A stretch of 64,000 bases of DNA, taken from Epiperipatus broadwayi. Its lineage: Eukaryota; Animalia; Onychophora. Below the pieces are notes generated by a model, which saw only the letters and a list, made by a program, of their open reading frames with translations, was not told where the DNA came from and made no database searches. Made by a program: the position numbers and the translations under genes. The stretch spans positions 16,244,001 through 16,308,000 of the forward strand of contig JAQFVV010000010.1 of the NCBI GenBank assembly GCA_028023455.1, read 5' to 3'. Positions 1-13,840 of this stretch are shown piece after piece (within the stretch, counting starts at the first letter, position 1; each line of letters starts with the position of its first letter).

Positions 1-999
1 AAACTTTTCACGTTCAACACAGTTTATTTGATTCATTTTAACACCTGTTTAGATAAAATCATAAGCAATAGAGGTTTCATTATATACTTTTATTTTTACT
101 TTGTTCATCTTGTTTTGAAGATGGCTTTAAGATGAACTCATTATAAACTCATGCTGAATATAATACCTTCAAATTGCTTGGATTTTGCCTATTACCATTT
201 GCTTCATTAATGCTTTTCTTACAAATTCATCACTTAACGATTGGGGATTTAAATTGTTTGTGTTTTATTGATAAACTAATCAGAAAAGTCACTCAAATGA
301 ACTTAATATATAAATTTAACATTTTAATAGCAATTTTTGTAGAATTTGTAACAAACATATTGTCATTTACATTTGTTCTTGGCAGAACTGAAAGTTCTTG
401 CAGTGAAAATTATGTAATATAAGGTTAAGTTATACATAGTAATTTTGTCGCTTGAAAATGTTTTTTGCAAGTCATTAAAATTCTTATGTAATTGTTTGTC
501 TGGCATTTATATAATTTTATAAACATTTGGCTTATAATATATTATTTTAAGGATATATCTATGTATTGTTTATCATAATTATAATAATATATAATGATCT
601 TTTTTTGATTTGACTTTGGCTTTCATAATGAAAAAACAAATGATAACTTCTGTATATAATAGAAAAGTTTGGGAAAATAAAGGGAAGCAGTAATAAATTA
701 AACTTGAAATATTTTTCTTTTTTATAAATTCATTGTACTTTTTTATAAATATATTTATACCTTTATTTTATTTCAACAAATTTGATGGATATTTATTCAA
801 AAAATAGTAATGAAATACAATGGAAAAGGAATTAGACTTTTTATTTTAAAATTTTAAATATAAATAATTTATATTTGAAATTGTTTATGGAAGCAATTGT
901 ATGTCATGCATAACCCTTAGTTTCCATGGAACCCAATTTAAGAAATGCTAGTTTTATGTTTTAGGTCACTATATATTAATTTTACCATTATGTTTTAAG

Positions 1000-3400
1000 T
1001 CACTTTATATTCTTTTACCTTTATATCAGTATTTTTTCCCTCATATTTTCTTTTATTCTATTATTAATCATCTTGTTGATATTTCACCTTTCATAACCTA
1101 TTTTCAATATTCAACTTCTTCCATCCTTTTATTTGGATTAATTCTACAATTTAAATCTTTTTATCTATGCTTATTTTCTTATTCACAAAATATAAAAATC
1201 ATTTTTTAATATCTCGTCCATTTCTTAATAGCTTATTTTATTCTTGATTCAGTTTTTTTAAAGTATAGCTTCAGGATGTATAAATGCATTTGTAATTGTT
1301 CCTAAATGCATTTTGAGTTAATGTGTAATGCAATTCCAATCTATCTTATTACTTACATTTTTTCATGTATAAGCTTTTTTTTTTTTAATTTCATAATTAA
1401 TGTGTATTTTTCATTACAAAAACTTAGCATACTTTCATCTCTTATTTCATAATCCTGAATTATAATAATATATAATGATCTTTTTTTGACTTGCCATGTA
1501 TTCCATTCTCTCATTACCACCATACAACTGTTTTCTTATTTTTTACAAATTACTTTTTAAATTTTTTATGCATGCTTTCTTTTTCCTCATGATGTTAATT
1601 TACATATATTCTTAGATAATGACAACCAATCCATCTTTTATAGGAATGCTACTTACAAAAATATTTTGTTCTTGGTGTTAAAAATTATCTGCTTCATTAT
1701 ATAATATTTTTTGCACTGATTTTACATTTCCCCCCTACAATTCATCCATCTCATGTTTTTAATACTGTATTATTCATAGTTCTATCAACTTACAACATTT
1801 AATTCCAGTGTATTTGAATATGCAGTGGTAATTGAATTGATGTTTCCAGTTTTGGGAAAGAATGTTTTAATTGAGATAGTTCATTCTTTGCTTTCTCCTG
1901 TAATTATATTTTCAAAACTAAATCTTCTATAATAATGGCATTTTAATTCTATGCACTTTTTATAGATTTAATATAGTTTAAGGTAACTAAGTAGATATAT
2001 CTTTATAATTTTTGAAATTTAAAATACTTAACCAAAACAAAAAAAAAAATAGAAAGGTATGACATGTCTGTATAAAAAATTAAAATTTTTATCATCTACA
2101 AATTTTGGTGAATACATAATTGTGTTTTACTACAGTATGCAAATTATCAAAAGTCTGTTTATTAATAAATTTCCTTTAAATTAGCTATAATAGAAAAAAA
2201 AAAAAAAACCTTTACTCTTGGATCATCAAACTAATATTGAAAACTAGTACATATTCTATTTGATTAAAATATGTAATTTATTGTACTTTAAATATGAGTT
2301 ATTCAAGAGAAGAATGTACTTATTTAAAAATAAATTGTATCGATACTAAATTTATGTTACTAACATTGCTTACGTATTACATATGATGAATGACAACAAC
2401 AATAAAATTATTTTTACAATTTTCAGTAATTTTTTTTTTTTTAATAAATTTTGGATCATGACACAGTGACAACTATTAAGATTTGATAGCATCTTGGAAC
2501 AACTCTAATCAAAACACTATAACAACTAGAAGTAATTATTTATTTTAGTATTATGTAAAGTTTTTACGTTGAAAATTAATTAATTACATGAAAATAAAAT
2601 TAATTTTATATAATTTAACATAGTAATTGTAAGTTATCTTGTAATTTGTAAATTATTCATTGAATGCTGTATAAAGATGATAATTTCTGTTATTAAATAA
2701 TAGATACTGTATTTATGGAATTTGGCATTAGATTTAAGCTATAAAACTTATGCATCATTTTTCTGATAGTGGATTTTTATTGTAGTTTGTAATCTTTTTA
2801 TTGATAAAAATATTTTTAATTCTTAGGATGTCATTTTTTAGGAAATCGCAGTGATTGTCTTCTATTGATTCTGTATCCTTCTAAGACTACTTAATTACAT
2901 TTTGTTGAGATTATGTTGTCCACTCATGTATTTGTCAAGATGGATGTCCTGAAGAATGACAATATTTTCTCTATTTGCTTTCTTTATGATAGTATTATAA
3001 TCTTTATATGTGAAAAATTCTCTATTTGAAAGTAGTTAGATGAACTAAGCAAAAAAGTACTACGACTAAGTAATAATTGATCATCATTGGCAATTAGCCA
3101 TTGTTTTCTAGTTTCATGGTACAATTATTTTAGCATTTTAGTTATAATACTAGCAAAGTTGTTTTGCTCAGTCTCAAATCTCTTTATATTTGATTTTTAT
3201 ATCATTTATTTTGGTGTCTAAACAGTAATAATTGTAATCCTGCTATTTAATGCCAAGGTTTAAAATCATTTGCTTTTTCTAAATATCTCTAATAGTCTGA
3301 ATCATATTTCATGATATATCCAGTTTAAATCAACCAAATAGCAATGCTTTCATTGCCATAATTTATGAATCATGGTAAACATACGAGTCAAAAAATATAA
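1000..3400 (-). mobile_element. Heavily decayed RTE-type LINE remnant
   Basis: Minus-strand fragments loosely resemble RT motifs in the expected order (HKESK..SGHPS ~ HKKG..NYRPIS; HCDFLKN ~ Q.GFRK; IGIALHINSK ~ G.+N..KTK). Many stops and frameshifts. Confidence 0.3.
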
Positions 3401-3499
3401 TAATTTGAAATAACTATATTTTATTACATTATTATGGACAAATATTGATTAAATATCAGTGTCCATTCCAGAATATATATAATAATAGATTTTTATGGA

Positions 3500-5550
3500 T
3501 TTTATAGATATAAACATTGAAAATGTAACTGGAATTTCTGTGTTTTTACAAATGTCATTTATTATTACAGAATATATGTAGTAATTAGAAATTTTTTATG
3601 GAATATAAACATTAAAAGTATAACTGGAATTTCTGAGTATTTACTTAGATAAACTTCAACTATTATGTGTAACCAATTAAAATTAGCAATTATAAACTCA
3701 AATCATGCTATCTAGTAAAAATGTTTTACTTGAATTAGCTTTAAACTAAAGAATGCTTTTAGCTTAATATTCCATTATTATTTGAAAATTAGAGATATAT
3801 ACATATGTGAAAGATGGAAAATCACATTTTGCTAAATATTTTTCACAAATAAATATCTCCCATAAAAGGTTATATATATTAATTAGAAGTTTTCACACAC
3901 TTTATAGAAGTACACATTAAAAACATAATGGGAATTTCCATGCATTTATCTAGCGAAACTTCTGCATTGATGTAAGTAGGTAAAATTTCAAACTGAAATC
4001 TTTCCATTTAGTAATTGTTATTATTGTCTGACTTTTAACTAAAAGTGGAACTACTTTTAGTTTATTCTATTAAATTCTAACCACATGAAATCTGAAATTT
4101 ATCTAAATAAATACATCAAAATTTCCTTTATACATTCAATGTTTATATCTATGAAGTCCCTGAAAATCTAATTTATATATATATAATTCTTTACTAGAGA
4201 GATTAGTTTTTTTAAAAAAATATTTAGGTAATTGTGATATAGTTTTTAAATATCTAAAGATTATATGTCTAAGTTTGGACTCCTAATATTTGAATAGTAA
4301 GCTAAAAGTAAGATTTGATATATTGGATTATTTCCATCATTTATGAGAATGTTGAATGTATAGAAAATTTTGAACTTTATTTAAACTTTTTCAAATACAA
4401 ACAACTTGTTAGTAATAACACACAAATAAACAATACAGGTTAGTAATTACACATTTCAAGTAATATTATTCTCCACTCTTCTTCAGGTATTGCTGGCCTT
4501 TATGCACAATGACAATATTTGCTTAGAAGTTGAACTCGCACCTTTAGATTCTTGAATATCGAATTTAAGGCAAACGCTTTACCAACTGAAAGCATTTGCC
4601 TTAAATTCGATATTTTAGTCATTATTTAATGGAAATAATAATGGTCATGGCAGTGGGGGGTCTAGTGGTAAATGCATAATTTCATAAAATTAATAAATAT
4701 TAATTTCCATTTAAAGAACAATAACATATCTCTTCAGTATATTCTGTAGCTATTGCTACAATATATTTGAAGCTGTCCATCAAGTATGGAAAGGATTTAC
4801 ATTTTTGCCTTTCATATATTAGATAAAACTACAACAGATATATATATAAATTGTCAAAAACTTTTTAAACTTTTCAAATACAAACAACTTGTTAGTAATA
4901 ACATACAAATACACAACATAGGTTAGTAATTACACAATGTTTCAAATAGTATTATTCTCCACTCTTACTCGAAATGTTAAGTAATTACTAATCTATATTG
5001 TGTATTTGTGTGTTATTACTAACAAGTTGTTTGTATTTGAAAAGGTTTAAATAAAGTTTAAAATTTCTATACATTCAACATAGTCCAACATATTACATCT
5101 TATAATATACCATCATTACAAACCTTCAGCTAAAAGTATTTCCACTTTTAGTTTTATAAGTCATACTAAATGGTGTGATTTCAATTTGCAATTGCCAGTT
5201 TTAATTAGTTATTTGTCTAATTACATCAGAGCTCAAGTTTTCTCTTACACTTTCAATATTTATATCTATAAAATTATTAAAATATTCTATTTAATATATA
5301 GAACTTGAGAGATTTATTTATTGTGAAAAGTATGATCTTACAATTTTCACAGATATAAAATATTTTTGTCGTTCAGTTTATAATATCTGGAGGACTAAGT
5401 TAAAAATGATTCCAATTTTATTTTAAAAATATTAATAGATGACATGATTTCAGTTTGCAATTGTTTTAATTAGTTGTTTGCCTAATTATATCATTGCTAA
5501 CATTTATCTAGGTAAATACATGTAAATTAGTTATACTTCAAATGTTCTAC
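3500..5550. repeat. Large imperfect inverted arrangement of a Penelope-associated repeat family
   Basis: ~4300-4450 is the reverse complement of ~4980-5100; ~4010-4060 matches ~5130-5180 inverted; ~3920-4010 matches ~5445-5530 inverted. Local palindromes at ~4548-4610 and ~4860-5060. Confidence 0.55.
4300..4600 (-). mobile_element. tRNA-headed repeat with hammerhead-core-like motif (SINE-like / Penelope pLTR copy)
   Basis: Minus strand reads cagttggtaaagc (A-box-like), a degenerate B-box region, then CTGAAGA (4480-4486) ... GAAA (4454-4457). Homologous to 7075-7265 and 23370-23920. Confidence 0.55.
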
Positions 5551-6074
5551 GTATATTTATGAAAATCAAATTATTTTTTGTATATATTTTTTAGTTAATT
5601 AATTTTTTTATTGATTCTTCTCAAACTTTTTTAAAAAATATTTATTTCTGATAAATCTAGAATTGTACAATTACATCTAATTCTGTGTGTCAAATTGCAT
5701 TTTGATAGATTCTTAGGGAATTTATGCAACTTTGAATCTTTTTAGTACAAGTCAAAGAAAAGTTTTGGAATACCATTTAATTTAAAGTGAGATTCCTTAA
5801 AAAAAGAAATTATATTTAAAAAACAAGTAAATTTTAAAACTACATAATACTTGTAATTTGCTATTATAAATCAATCTTGTTAAATACTGTATTGGAGATA
5901 TTAGTTCTTGGCTAAAATCACTTGCATAATTTTAAACTAGATAGAAAACAAGCATTTATTTATATAACCATTAAACATCACATGATCATCATTGTATGGA
6001 GAGTTTTGCCTGTTTAATTCACTTATATAATAAATAAATTTTGTTGAATAATATAATTTTTTTTTTCTCATGGG

Positions 6075-6150
6075 TCATAGCATCAGCCGGGAAGCGAATC
6101 CGCTAACCTGCTTGTAAAGCAGCTGTCGCTCGACCACCAATGCTTGACTA
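6075..6150 (-). mobile_element. tRNA-derived SINE head fragment
   Basis: Minus strand tggtggtcgagcg (A-box-like) ... gcggattcgcttccc (B-box-like); no complete cloverleaf. Confidence 0.45.
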
Positions 6151-6424
6151 TTGAATATTATAATTATTTTTAAAAATAACATATGTTCAAATCTAAGTTA
6201 CAGATAATTATTTAATGTGATGTGAATATTAATTTTATTAATAAATTATTAGCATAATTAATTTCTACTTAAAGTTGAATTTTAAGTTTTTGAAAAATTT
6301 TTAATTCAAAAGTTTCAAAATTTGTAATAAAATCTTGTTCTTTGAAAAGAAACAGAAATATATAGAAACCAAAGCAATAGCTATTTAAAAAAAACTAAAT
6401 TTGAAAAGTATTTTTTATTTTCAG

Positions 6425-6475
6425 AAGAGATCAGTTATAACAAGCAATTGATCCTAAAGCACATTGCTTCAAATG
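6425..6475 (+). CDS. Candidate 51-nt internal exon of an unidentified host gene
   Basis: ttttcag acceptor, G|gtaag donor, open only in phase 1 (xEISYNKQLILKHIASN). Confidence 0.35.
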
Positions 6476-7074
6476 GTAAGATTTTTTTTCATTAAAACAT
6501 TGTTTCTCACAGACTTTTTTATGACAGAAGCATTTGCATCAAATAATTGTCATAAGTAATTTAAAATATTTTTTTATAATAATGTAGTATATAATGATTC
6601 AAGTATTCAAAATCTGTACAGAAATATATGGAATGAAGTATGAAATGGCATAATAAGAATAAAAGGTAATCAAATGGAAAACCTGTTTACATCATTGAGC
6701 TTCATTTGGTGAGAATATTTTATTTTTCTGTTTATGGTCTTAGAAGTTCTATCATCATCATAGCTTTTTTTTTTTTTTTTTTGAGATTTATTAATTTTAG
6801 AAATTTAATTTCTTTAAAGTGAAAATATTTTTGTTGTAATTTTTAACATATAATCAAATTCTTCTAAGTAATTATCACATGTCTATCAAAAATTAATGTT
6901 ATTTCAAACATTGATCTAGAAGCACATTTATTTTTGATTATCATGCTGTGGTTGCATATATGGGCGATACTATAAATGTACAATTTTTAAGATATTTTTT
7001 ACTACCCTGAAATTTTCTGATGGTAGCATTTACTTGTAATTATATTTTGGAATATTTCTATCATCTAGTTTAGT

Positions 7075-7740
7075 TGTGTGTCGTCTAGAAAAATTCAAAC
7101 TTTATTTATACTTATATATAGAATTGTTAGTAGTAATATATAGGTTATTATATGAACATTTCAAATGGCTACCTCTTCATCAGCTGTTACTTACCTGACA
7201 ATGATCCTTAGATTCGTAAATACTGAATTTAAGACAATTCTCTAACTAATGGCTATTTTATCAAAGTCAAATCAGTAGAAATTTTATATACTTAAATATG
7301 AGATTCTCTTGATTTCTCCATTTTTTTTATAAAGATAAAGTTAAAAATGATTTCCAGTATTATGGATTATCATCACTATGTTTACTTATGGATTTATTTT
7401 CTATTGTATTATGAAGAGTTTCTTAAAATTTTCTTTTTTTTTCTTCTTTGCCTAGTATTATTGTCTTTCAATCAAATACATTCTCAGTATAGTCATGGTC
7501 TGCTACTTTAGACACAACTGTTTTTTCCTGTTTGTACTCTTAATCATTTTTTGATGGTACAGTGTATTTCCACATTCACATGGTATTTTATAGTTCTTGT
7601 TATTCAGTATTTCAAGTTTAGATTTTTTACAAGTTAGGATTTTTCATAAGATTCATTGCAATTTTTTTTTTGTTTCCTATCTCTAGTATGAATGAATATA
7701 TTACAATACTTATAATAAATTTTTCTTTTGATGTTTCATT
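7075..7740 (-). mobile_element. Penelope-like retroelement remnant: GIY-YIG endonuclease C-terminus plus 3' pLTR
   Basis: Minus strand 7563-7592 encodes YKIPCECGNT in frame; after a frameshift ..SKVADH..VFD*..ILGKE..KRKF*E, the pattern typical of Penelope GIY-YIG domains. Followed by a tRNA-like segment and CTGATGA (7177-7183) ... GAAA (7159-7162). Confidence 0.7.
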
Positions 7741-8666
7741 TCAGTAGTCTATTTAAGGATTTCTTAATGATATCTGTTAGATACCCTAGCATCTAGGCAA
7801 AAGTACCTAGAGTCCAATCATGTGCGAGATACATATGTCAGGAACAATCATGAACTCTGCCTTGTATGCCCAGATTCCAGGTTCAATTACTTATGAGCAG
7901 CAAATCCGATGATACTAGAGTATTTAATTCACCACCAGCCAACATCGCACATCGGAGAAACAAAGAGACTCGGGGGGCAAAGTCATGACAAATGCGTACA
8001 TACATTTTAAAACAGACAAACACTTTATGCTTAACTTTAGTGGGATCTTACATCATTCTATAAATCATGGCATTTAAAACTGAACTAAATCAATTAACTA
8101 AAGAATGAGCGATGATCAGATGTTTAGTTTTAAAATATTTAATAATGAACAAATAGAAATAATAAAATATATATATATACATTTGAGTTATATTAAATGG
8201 TGATTAGCCTCATATTACAAATAAGTTACATTGTGCTTACTCGCACTTGAGCATTATATTAAGTGTTTACAAATAAGTTATGAAGAATTTTGATGCGGTG
8301 TAATGACATTTCAATTAATCTAGCGCATTTATAAAGTGTACAATTATAATGATTCGCCCGAATTATAAACGGAAACACAACCGTGACTGATCCCAGGATG
8401 GGTTATATAATTGTCGGTTAACTAACCGACCAAGCTATCATAAGTTTATATATAAGAAAATATAATTTGTAATAACGATTTATTTACTTTATTTGCATGA
8501 CGATCATATATGGAATCATTTCTCTAAATTATATATATATAGTCGTTAAGCGACATATCAAAAGTTATTTAATTTATGAGATACGTTTAATTAGACCATA
8601 ACATTTTTATAGGCTTGAGCTTTTTGAAAAGAGGGATCTAATATAAAGCGTCTCGGTATTAGCATA

Positions 8667-8939
8667 ATGGCCGAATATTTGCGGATCCAATATTTTGAGG
8701 TGCTTTATCAGACTAACAGAAGAAAACAGTCTAGCCGATTTGCCACCCCACATTTTGTTGGAATCGGCTGACAAAAGGTCTCGGATGGAGTTGCAAGTGG
8801 GCTGAACTTTGCCGGAATTACTCCATGCATTGCTCTTGTTGTTTGAGTATATATATGGTCCAGGGACATTCATCGCCTTGTTTACGACCTGAAACGAAGA
8901 TGAGACGACTCAGGCATTCCGATGCATGTCTCTAGATAA
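8667..8939 (+). pseudogene. Family X ORF1 remnant (copy A), three in-frame TGA then TAA
   Basis: MAEYLRIQYFEVLYQTNRRKQSSRFATPHFVGIG*QKVSDGVASGLNFAGITPCI..; shares RF and PCI in frame with copy B. Confidence 0.4.
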
Positions 8940-9784
8940 AGCTTAAAACATGAAGAGTGGCCTATGCTAACAACGCTTTAGGACGGACTAATAATTAGTC
9001 AAATATCTATAATTAAGCTTACAATCTATAATAACATCAAAGATAATGGTGTGGTCGTATTTATTAAACGTAGTTTAAAGATACTATTAGAAAAGTATTT
9101 TAATACCAATGAAAGTTCTAAATCCCCTCTCCCCTTTCATTACACTTATTTAATTAAATTCCACATACGTATAACATAGTATACAATTAAGTCTAAGGTG
9201 TGCTTTAAGAAAAATATTCATATATATTTTTAGATGGGTGAGAATAAAGACATAAAAAGTAATATATATATATATTTAACATATTTGTTTGCATTAATAT
9301 TGTGCTCTTACAGATATTATTAACATAGTATAAATCGTAAACTAATCAAAGGTGAAACTTTATTTCTTCCTCTGTTGTTTACGCAAAAAATATAATAATT
9401 AGTAAAACATTTTTTTTTTAAAATCTCCCAACCTAGCAAGCGTTATAGTTTTAACAGTTAAAACAAACTAATTAAAATTAAGTGTTATTCCTATCTAATG
9501 CGAGTTGCTAAGGTAAAAATAACTATACTGTTGAGGGTGGGAGTTCATTGAAATGTCATTTAGTATTTAAAAAATATATATATTATACAAAATATTAATA
9601 AAATAATTGCCACATTAAATTAAAAATGAAAAAAATTACGAGGCTAATCAAAATGGTTAAAGAATAAAATAGATTATAAAAGTTACAAATAATTAATATT
9701 AAATGCATCACATTTTGGTTAAAGAATAAAATAGATTATAAAAGTTACAAATAATTAATATTAAATGCTTCACATTTTAAGAGT

Positions 9785-9965
9785 TAATCAGGAGAAAGTT
9801 CTGAGTTCATAAAGGCGGCACTACCTTTGGAAAGCAGGTAGCAGATCACCTGGTTGGTTTTCACGATATAGCAGCAGGTTCGTGGATGTTCATCAGTAGT
9901 GGCGGGCTGGCTGGAGTTGGCTTGGTCATGGAGAGAAGGCGTTTCTTGAAAAATTTGAGTGACAT
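9785..9965 (-). pseudogene. Family X ORF2 remnant (copy A)
   Basis: MSLKFFKK..PLLMNI, then a frameshift to ..VICYLLSK; upstream TATAAATAG on the minus strand (~10028-10036), also present in copy C. Confidence 0.35.
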
Positions 9966-12256
9966 AGATTCATTCAGCGGATGCCTTACGAACCTACGTA
10001 CTCTCCTTGATGACTGAATTTGGGCCCTATTTATATGACTCCGGTTTATCTAAGGAATATGCTATTCAGTTGTAATACCTGCGGCTATAAAATGATATTA
10101 CAGAACAGTTTTTTAGTAAGGAATTTCTCCTTTGTTAATCAGGTAGTGTAAAACAATGCAAACGGATTATTTTTTTTTTGAAACAATTGTTCTAAAGCTA
10201 TTTCTGGCTCAGAAATAGATTTTACCAAAAGATAATTTTGTTAATGAAATTTATTTAATTTTCTAATATAGATAATAATTTAATCATGCTAATTGATTTT
10301 GTTATAGAATGCTTTTACAAGCTACCAAGCCGATTACATTATCCCAACCACCATTACATACATATGTATTTTTAGTATATAAAACCTTAAATATACATTT
10401 TCATATAACATATACAAACATAAATATTGATTTATACGTAATCCCCCATCACTTTTAATATATACATGTGATTTACGCACATATACGACCTATTAAAATT
10501 ATATGAAGTATTATTATCAATTCATTTAATGCAAGATTATTAAATCTCTTGTTAACATTTATTTTGAATACAGAATTTTAAAAAAATTAACCAAATAGGT
10601 GCGTATACATATGTAAGACTGGGATTTGAATCCAGTTTGATGGTGAGGGGTCGAATAGGACTGTGAAACATAATCTGAATCTCAGATTCTTTTTCAATAT
10701 ATTAATATCATAATTGAAAATATATAAAAAATAAAAATGAGCATTAAAATTCTCTACATTTTTTATTACTTGAATTAACCAAAATGTGTTGTAAGCATAT
10801 TTTTTAATTTAATAATTTTTATATATATTATATACAAAAAAAATTTAGTAATGGAGCATGCATTAAATGATATTGATATATTTATATGAACAAATTTGAA
10901 AAAAAAAAGTTTTTATAAAATTAAATCTTTGTTTTTTAAAAGATATTTTGCATATTTAATAAAACAGATAAATTTGTAGAGTATAAAGAAAAAAAATCAC
11001 TATAGTAAAAGAAGACAATGAAATTAATTATTTAGATATATTAATAATTAAAGAGAAAATGAAAATAGTATAAAAACGAAAACTATAGTATATAGAAAAC
11101 ACATGTAATAAATTAGTTGTCTAACATAAGTGTAAATACACACACAAAAAAAAAATGTTTTAAAACAAGAAAAATTAAAACTAATTCACTGTTCAAATAA
11201 GAAAGGTAAAATTATAAAAGTTGGATTATAAGGGAATTTCTAATTAACAAAAAGCAATAAAACAGGGATTGACAAGGTCTTCAATAATAAGAGTTCATAT
11301 ATAATTATTCTCATACTTATTTGAATGTTCAAGAGCCATAGTTAAATGTCAAAAACACTTGTACTAAACAAATAGGATAATAAAATTCATTTTAACATTT
11401 GCTGACATTATTTAAAAGTAAAAAAGTTAAAATTTCAAAATATATGTCTTACTTATGTTTAAAACATTTATGAAATAAAATATTCTAGTTTATTAATGTT
11501 AAAGTTTACAAAAATGGCAATAAAAAACAATATTCATATTACCTTGGAAGCCACAGTTTGCATATAAAATGTAATTAAAAGAAACAGAATAATAAAAACA
11601 TAGAAAAATTAAAGGATTTTAGAATAAAATTGAATTGAAACATTATAGCCAAATATAATATCAGCAAATTAAACAAAAAAATAAAAAGAATTAATAAAAA
11701 AGATATACAATAGATTTATGAAATAATATGTAATAAAAAAAACAAAAATGTAATAAATGTGATATATGAAATATTATGTCAAGGATGTAAAAAAAATCTA
11801 TAATGGAAAAACAGGAAATTCGATAGAATCGAAGAAAAAAACACCAATATTTATATATAAAAAACTACATATATTTGAAAATAAGATGAAAATCATAAAA
11901 GAAGTTTGATTTATTAATCTTTTAATTGTTCAATATTTTCTCTAATGAGTTCCAAAAATTAAGCATTTTTATTATTATTTATATATTAAAAAAAATTTTT
12001 TTTTAAACAGAATTAATAAATTTATATCATCAAAACAAATGTTTATAATTAACTTTTTTTTTTGCAAAAATATGTATAAAGAATTAATATTTTAGCAATT
12101 ATAAAAATTTATTTTATGAAATTTAGAAACTTCTAATAAGTTCTTATAAAAATAGTCATAAAAATAATACATTTTATAAAAAGTTTTATAAAAATTTTTA
12201 GGAGTTGGAACTTGGATCTATTCAACTAAGAACTCACTTCTTTTTTTATTAGTTTG

Positions 12257-13840
12257 GGTTGTTTTCTATTCCCTCATGTTAGCCGTTTTATGGCGTTGAT
12301 GCTAATCAAAAACACATACATATTCCAGGCCGGGCCTGTGATTCTATTTATATAAATATCGGCTTCTTTAGTTTTGTAATAAGAAATTAGAGGAACTAAT
12401 AGTAAATAATATTACTATTTAAAAAACAAAATTTTTAGAAATTCACATTAAATTTAAAAATGATACCCGAATAATTGACGTTTTTTGGACAGTAATTAAT
12501 CATAAAATGGGTTTTTTTTGTTTGTGTATATATCTATAAAAAGTTACGGTATTTTTTTAATAGAAAATAATATGCACTTATACATTTTTCAATTTACACA
12601 AAATTTCTACATTCACGCTAAATTTAAAAATGATACCCGAGTAATTTTTTTTTTGACAGTAATTAATCAGAAAGTGGGTTTTTTTTGTTAGTCTGTATAT
12701 ATATAAAAATGATACCCGAATAATTTTTTTTTTTGGTATTGACAGTTTTGAATAGAAAATAAGATGCAATTATACATTATTCCATTTACCCACAACATTT
12801 AAAAATTCACACTCAATTTTCAAATGATACCCAACTAATTTGTTTGTTTTTTTTTTGACAATAATTAATGAAAAAGTAGATTCTTTTTGTTAGTGTGTAT
12901 ATATAAAAAGAACCGTCATTGAAATAATTGAAAAATGATACCCACTAATATACTTTTTTTTGACAGTAATGAATCAGAAAATGAGTTTTTATATGTTAGT
13001 GTGTATATATAAAAAGTTACCATTATTTAAATACTAAATTTAAAAATAATGGCCGACTAATTTGCGTTTTTTTGGACAGTAATTAATCAGAAAGTGGCTT
13101 CTTTTTGTTATTGTGTATATATATAAAAAGTACTATAATTCAAATACTACATTTAAAAATCAAACTCGACTAAGTTGCTTTTCTTTTTTTGGACAGTAAA
13201 ACTAATGTTATTTAAATAGTAAATGTAAAAATAATACCCGACTAATTTTCTTTTTTTTTTGGACAGTAATTAATAATCAGACACTGGGTTGTTTTTGTTT
13301 GTGCGTATATATCAAAAATAACTTGTCATGGATGAATTTTCCTGAAAACATTACTTCTCGCGTGATCGTCAAAAATACTGCTCTACCGCACCCTTAAAAG
13401 CAATTGTTGAGGGTTACCCATTTGTAATGGTACCTTCACGACATTGTTAATAAAGTTACAATGTAACAGTAGGTCAGAGCATTTGAAAAAAGCCCTTTAC
13501 GTTAGGCTAAAATCTGCACATTCTCACACAAAAGTATAGAGAAAATAGACATTCTAGCATTATGATAAAGTTAATAACAACCGACTACAGCAGCCAATAA
13601 GGCATTTGTCTATGCTTTTAGCATAGAAAAAAGCCAGGCTGACTCAGCCATCTGGGACCCTTTCTGGGTTTTATCGTAGAAAGAAGCCTCACAGGTTGGC
13701 TGAGGCCGCCACGAGAACTGTATTTTGTCATAGAAAGAAGCCTCTTAGGTTGGAGGTAGGCCACTGAAACGGTATATTTCTAGGAATTGGCCTAGAAATA
13801 GCGCCATCATGTGGCTGACACGAGGGAATAGAAAACAACT
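12257..13840. mobile_element. Non-autonomous DNA transposon with ~45-bp imperfect TIRs
   Basis: Left ggttgttttctattccctcatgttagcc..atggcg; right cgccat..ggctgacacgagggaatagaaaacaact is its reverse complement. No clear TSD. Confidence 0.7.
12440..13320. repeat. Internal tandem array (~8 diverged units, roughly 90-170 bp)
   Basis: Recurring aaaatgatacccga(c)taatt..tttttggacagtaattaatcag motif. Confidence 0.8.

Larger units (their letters stand above)
7775..10710. mobile_element. Family X copy A: unclassified ~2.93-kb repeat
   Basis: First ~200 bp clearly alignable to 20201-20400. Right-end block gggatttgaatccag..aatctga-atc-tcagatt matches 23040-23116 and 47200-47284. Internal GC-richer blocks alignable to copies B and C. 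Contains a ~61-bp tandem duplication at ~9655-9780. Confidence 0.75.

Noticed and set aside
8945-9000. SECIS element after ORF1 (also sought at ~21420-21480)
   Set aside because: ATGA..AA spacing is present, but helix II pairing is poor, the 3' GA of the quartet is missing, and it is not conserved between copies.
7775-10710. Firm solo-LTR call for family X
   Set aside because: TG..CA ends can be drawn, but no matching 4-6 bp TSD was found in A or B and there is no PBS/PPT context. Kept only as a hypothesis.
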